From: an uncultured Bacteroidales bacterium
GTDB taxonomy: Bacteria > Bacteroidota > Bacteroidia > Bacteroidales > FEN-979
DNA: 64,000 nucleotides
Reading direction: 5' to 3'
Assembly (NCBI GenBank): GCA_903875045.1
Contig: CAIQUS010000175.1
Location: forward strand, 10,409-74,408
The notes under the pieces are model-generated. The model saw only the letters and a program-made list of their open reading frames with translations, was not told where the DNA came from and made no database searches. The first letter of the stretch is position 1. Each line of letters starts with the position of its first letter. Below are positions 61,324 through 64,000 of this stretch, in pieces. A program made the translations under genes and the position numbers.

Positions 61324-61959
61324 ATGAAAAGACCACTTTTAGCAACATTCGTGTTTTTCCTGACAGCACAGCTATTCTGCCAGGTGGTGCAACAGAATCC
61401 GGGATCTGCTGATAACGATTTTTTTCTTCAGCCAAAGAAATTTAATTATCATGTTACCCTCGGATCTCAGTTTACCTCTGTTTCCGGCTATGGATCAGGA
61501 TTGAACACCTATATCACTCCGAGTTTCACGTACAATTTAAACAAGCGGTTCACCATCGGAGGAGGGGTAAGTATCATACAGACAAATTATTTCAAGTCCA
61601 GGTCATATTTTCAGAACGAACAAACTGCCGGAAGCAATGGAAATTTTACCAGTGCCATGATATTCATTGACGGACAATATATTGTAAATAAACGACTTAC
61701 ATTATCAGGTTCAGCGTTTAAGCAATTTCCAATCAGTCAGAACCCGTTGCCTTATAACCCCTTCAATCCTGTTTCATCAAAGGGAGCCCAGGGAATTAAC
61801 TTTAATGTTGGCTACCAACTTGGGGAACACGTATTTATCCAGGCAGGGTTTCGTTATTCAGAAGGCATAAACCCCTATTACAATGATCCGTTCAGCCGGA
61901 ACCTGTTTATGAATAATACCTTCGGAGCTCCAACAGGGATTGGGGTTTCAGGGTGGTGA
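61324..61959 (+). CDS. outer-membrane beta-barrel hypothetical protein
   Basis: Signal peptide MKRPLLATFVFFLTAQLFCQ. Alternating beta-strand pattern ending in an aromatic-rich C-terminus. Confidence 0.55.
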   Translation: MKRPLLATFVFFLTAQLFCQVVQQNPGSADNDFFLQPKKFNYHVTLGSQFTSVSGYGSGLNTYITPSFTYNLNKRFTIGGGVSIIQTNYFKSRSYFQNEQTAGSNGNFTSAMIFIDGQYIVNKRLTLSGSAFKQFPISQNPLPYNPFNPVSSKGAQGINFNVGYQLGEHVFIQAGFRYSEGINPYYNDPFSRNLFMNNTFGAPTGIGVSGW

Positions 61960-62002
61960 GGGGATTTACAATTTCAGATTTCAGATTTCAGATTTCAGAT
62001 TG
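61960..62002. repeat. 7-bp tandem array (family F2), opposite orientation to 49699-49762
   Basis: GGG GATTTAC AATTTCA GATTTCA GATTTCA GATTTCA GATTG begins on the base after the TGA stop (61957-61959). It lies between convergent genes. Confidence 0.9.
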
Positions 62003-62028
62003 ATGCGTTCGGGGGTTGCATGCCGGGG

Positions 62029-63255
62029 TTATTCATTTTTATTGAAATGATCTGCAATGTATTTCAGGGCTTCGCTGATATCCATGGCATTGCTTGAAGG
62101 GCCTACCCTGATATAGAAGGCTTCATCGAAGCCAGGTTGTCGCAGGAACACGGGTCGGTTACTTTGCTGACACTGAACCATGCAGACTGTTTTCTCATCC
62201 ATTTTTTCAAGAGTTGTCCGGATATAAGGGCTCACATCCCGGCCCAGGCATGTGCGGATTAATGTCCACAGATGCAGGAGGAATTTATCTTCATTCACAA
62301 ATTTATCGCTTTCGATGCCCTCGATGGAACCATCATCGCGAACGCCAATCAGCAATGCACCCCCGGCGGAGTTTAAAAAAGCCGCCATCGTTTTAAGGCA
62401 TGCCCGTTCAACCGCCTGGTTTGTTTTGCCGGCCCTGATATCCCATCTCAGTGTCGATTTAAATTCGACGGTCTCATTCTCCCCCTCCCTGATGAGCAAC
62501 CCGGTTTGACGGGTCGAATTGGTCCGTTGCTCAAGACATTCCAGGTAATCCTGTGATTGGGCTACATCCAGGAGAATGTCAGAAAGCCGGCTTTCGTCCT
62601 GAATTTTCAAAGCAATCAAACCTTTTGTATATTCCGTGGGGCTGATAATACCAAGAATAAGGACCAATGGCAGCACAATGCCCGAATGGTGCAAACCACT
62701 CAATGTCTGTACGACTATTTTTTTTTCTGCCGTAAGCTGAGTGTAACTGACCCGTATCAATTCGGAAAACGGGTGTGCTTCTGTTTCCTGGACAATGATC
62801 TCACTCATGGTCGAATTTACAAACTCATTGATCGACCTGATCAGTGCAGCCAGCGAGATAAAGGCAAAAGAAAAAAGTCTCTCTTCCGGCTGCAATGATT
62901 GAAAATTAACTTTCCCCATTGTTTTGATTGCCACAAAAGGATCTGATTCAAGTATTTGTTCCCACTTGTCTGGAAAAGGGTCACCTTTGGGTTCAAACAC
63001 ATCTTTTTGAAATGCATATAACACAGGTGCCAGCGCATTTCGTACTCTGATGCCTTGTGCAAACATTAAATCGGTTACGATCAATTGCGCAACACGTTCC
63101 GATTCATGAATAAATTCCTTCCCCTGAACTGTCAGCAAAGGTTTTGCTCCATTGAAAATCTGATATTTCAGATCACACCTGACGATGTCAAGTTGTTCAC
63201 TGTTGACTTCTAAAAAGTTGTTATTCTGATAGTCTGCGAAATCATACATGATCAT
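62029..63255 (-). CDS. two-domain protein: unknown ~290-aa N-domain + C-terminal AlbA_2 (Schlafen-type) domain
   Basis: The C-terminal ENETVEFKSTLRWD...CLKTMAAFLNSAGGALLIGVRDDGSIEGIE is an AlbA_2 signature. I do not recognise the N-terminal two thirds. Start at MIMYDFADY (63255 or 63249) rather than the hydrophobic track extension to 63366. Confidence 0.65.
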   Translation of the reverse strand: MIMYDFADYQNNNFLEVNSEQLDIVRCDLKYQIFNGAKPLLTVQGKEFIHESERVAQLIVTDLMFAQGIRVRNALAPVLYAFQKDVFEPKGDPFPDKWEQILESDPFVAIKTMGKVNFQSLQPEERLFSFAFISLAALIRSINEFVNSTMSEIIVQETEAHPFSELIRVSYTQLTAEKKIVVQTLSGLHHSGIVLPLVLILGIISPTEYTKGLIALKIQDESRLSDILLDVAQSQDYLECLEQRTNSTRQTGLLIREGENETVEFKSTLRWDIRAGKTNQAVERACLKTMAAFLNSAGGALLIGVRDDGSIEGIESDKFVNEDKFLLHLWTLIRTCLGRDVSPYIRTTLEKMDEKTVCMVQCQQSNRPVFLRQPGFDEAFYIRVGPSSNAMDISEALKYIADHFNKNE

Positions 63256-63400
63256 AAAGTTTAAATACCCGACATTAAATGCCTCTCCTACAAGGGAGTG
63301 TCTTACTCCCTCTTCTCTGTTTTGCAGGATGAAAGCAAAGAGAATGAGATAAAATAATAAAAACAAAACTAATTAAAAAAAACATCCCATTTATTATTCC

Positions 63401-63408
63401 TAACTTTG
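63401..63408 (+). promoter_or_regulatory. candidate -7 promoter box (TAACTTTG)
   Basis: Matches TAnnTTTG, 51 nt upstream of the ATG at 63459. No clear -33 TTTG. Confidence 0.25.
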
Positions 63409-63458
63409 AATGCCTGAAAGCACATGATAACCTGAAGGTAAACAAAACAAAAAACAGT

Positions 63459-63839
63459 ATGAAAAATCTGATTCGCCTGACTATTCTACTCCTATTAATC
63501 ACTTTTACCCTGTCGGGATGTTATTACGATAAAGAAAATGAATTGTACCCATCTGTCGGGTGTGGGGATACGACAAATGTGACATACGCCAGGTCAATCG
63601 CACCAATTATGGTTGCAAATTGCAATGTTTGCCACAGTGCTTCCAATCCATCGGGAAATGTCATAACCGATAATTATAACTCATTGAGCACCATTGCAAA
63701 GGATGGAAACCTCTGGTATGCGGTGAATTGGGAAGGAGCAGCACAAACACGTATGCCACAGGGAGCTACTGATACAATTTCCATTTGTGACAGAACAAAA
63801 ATTCAAAAGTGGATTGATGCTGGCAGTCCGAATAACTAA
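63459..63839 (+). CDS. lipoprotein with a single CxxCH heme-c motif
   Basis: Lipobox LSGC, then IAPIMVANCNVCHS (CxxCH). 126 aa. Confidence 0.55.
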   Translation: MKNLIRLTILLLLITFTLSGCYYDKENELYPSVGCGDTTNVTYARSIAPIMVANCNVCHSASNPSGNVITDNYNSLSTIAKDGNLWYAVNWEGAAQTRMPQGATDTISICDRTKIQKWIDAGSPNN

Positions 63840-63885
63840 GCGTTAAAAAATACCGTGAATTGCAAATGAAAAATTTGGTTTTAAT

Positions 63886-64000
63886 ATGAAAACGTGGGTC
63901 AAAATTTTACTTGGATTGATCGTGGTTGGTTTGATCGCCCTGTTGCTGGTATACAAATTCCTTTACAACAAACAACATCCTGATTATGAAAATGTTGAAG
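63886..64000 (+). CDS. membrane-anchored hypothetical protein, N-terminal fragment (runs off the right edge)
   Basis: ATG at 63886 opens MKTWVKILLGLIVVGLIALLLVYKFLYNKQHPDYENVE with no stop before the window end. Not in the track. Confidence 0.4.
   Translation, partial: MKTWVKILLGLIVVGLIALLLVYKFLYNKQHPDYENVE

Overview
The window looks like a Bacteroidota-type chromosome segment. Two large secreted proteins end in T9SS C-terminal sorting domains, TAnnTTTG -7 boxes are present, and OmpA and beta-barrel proteins are common. I saw no rRNA, tRNA, CRISPR array, transposase or integrase.

Left part (1-13.8 kb): ordinary genes. These are ogt, a sodium:solute symporter with a small membrane partner, a metallophosphoesterase, an M23 peptidase, beta-carbonic anhydrase, a PNGase F/LamG T9SS cargo protein, a beta-barrel protein and an acyl-CoA dehydrogenase. 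They are interrupted at 6.1-7.9 kb by a small accessory patch holding a decayed PIN toxin gene, a small secreted ORF, attC-like palindromes and a broken GC-rich mini-ORF.

Core (14.0-48.7 kb): the standout feature, 24 consecutive plus-strand genes with almost no spacers. They encode 13 histidine kinases with very diverse sensor modules: PocR, PAS, GAF, CHASE4-like, c-heme Tll0287/DUF3365, Venus-flytrap SBP, TPR, and a B12-binding partner. They also encode a complete Wsp-like chemosensory pathway (cheW-cheR-cheW-mcp-cheA/Y-cheB) followed by a receiver-kinase instead of a classical output. I could not recognise any DNA-binding or enzymatic output domain in the island.

Right part (48.8-64 kb): an OmpA protein, a translationally coupled hglS / lipoprotein / ydiJ-like trio, a choice-of-anchor-L T9SS protein, a COG2403 NTPase, pyrBI, two AlbA_2 (Schlafen-type) proteins and a CxxCH lipoprotein.

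Three short-repeat families decorate the window: GC-rich nested hairpins, 7-bp tandem arrays and 8-bp tandem arrays. They fill intergenic spacers exactly. In two or three places they appear to sit in frame inside coding sequences.
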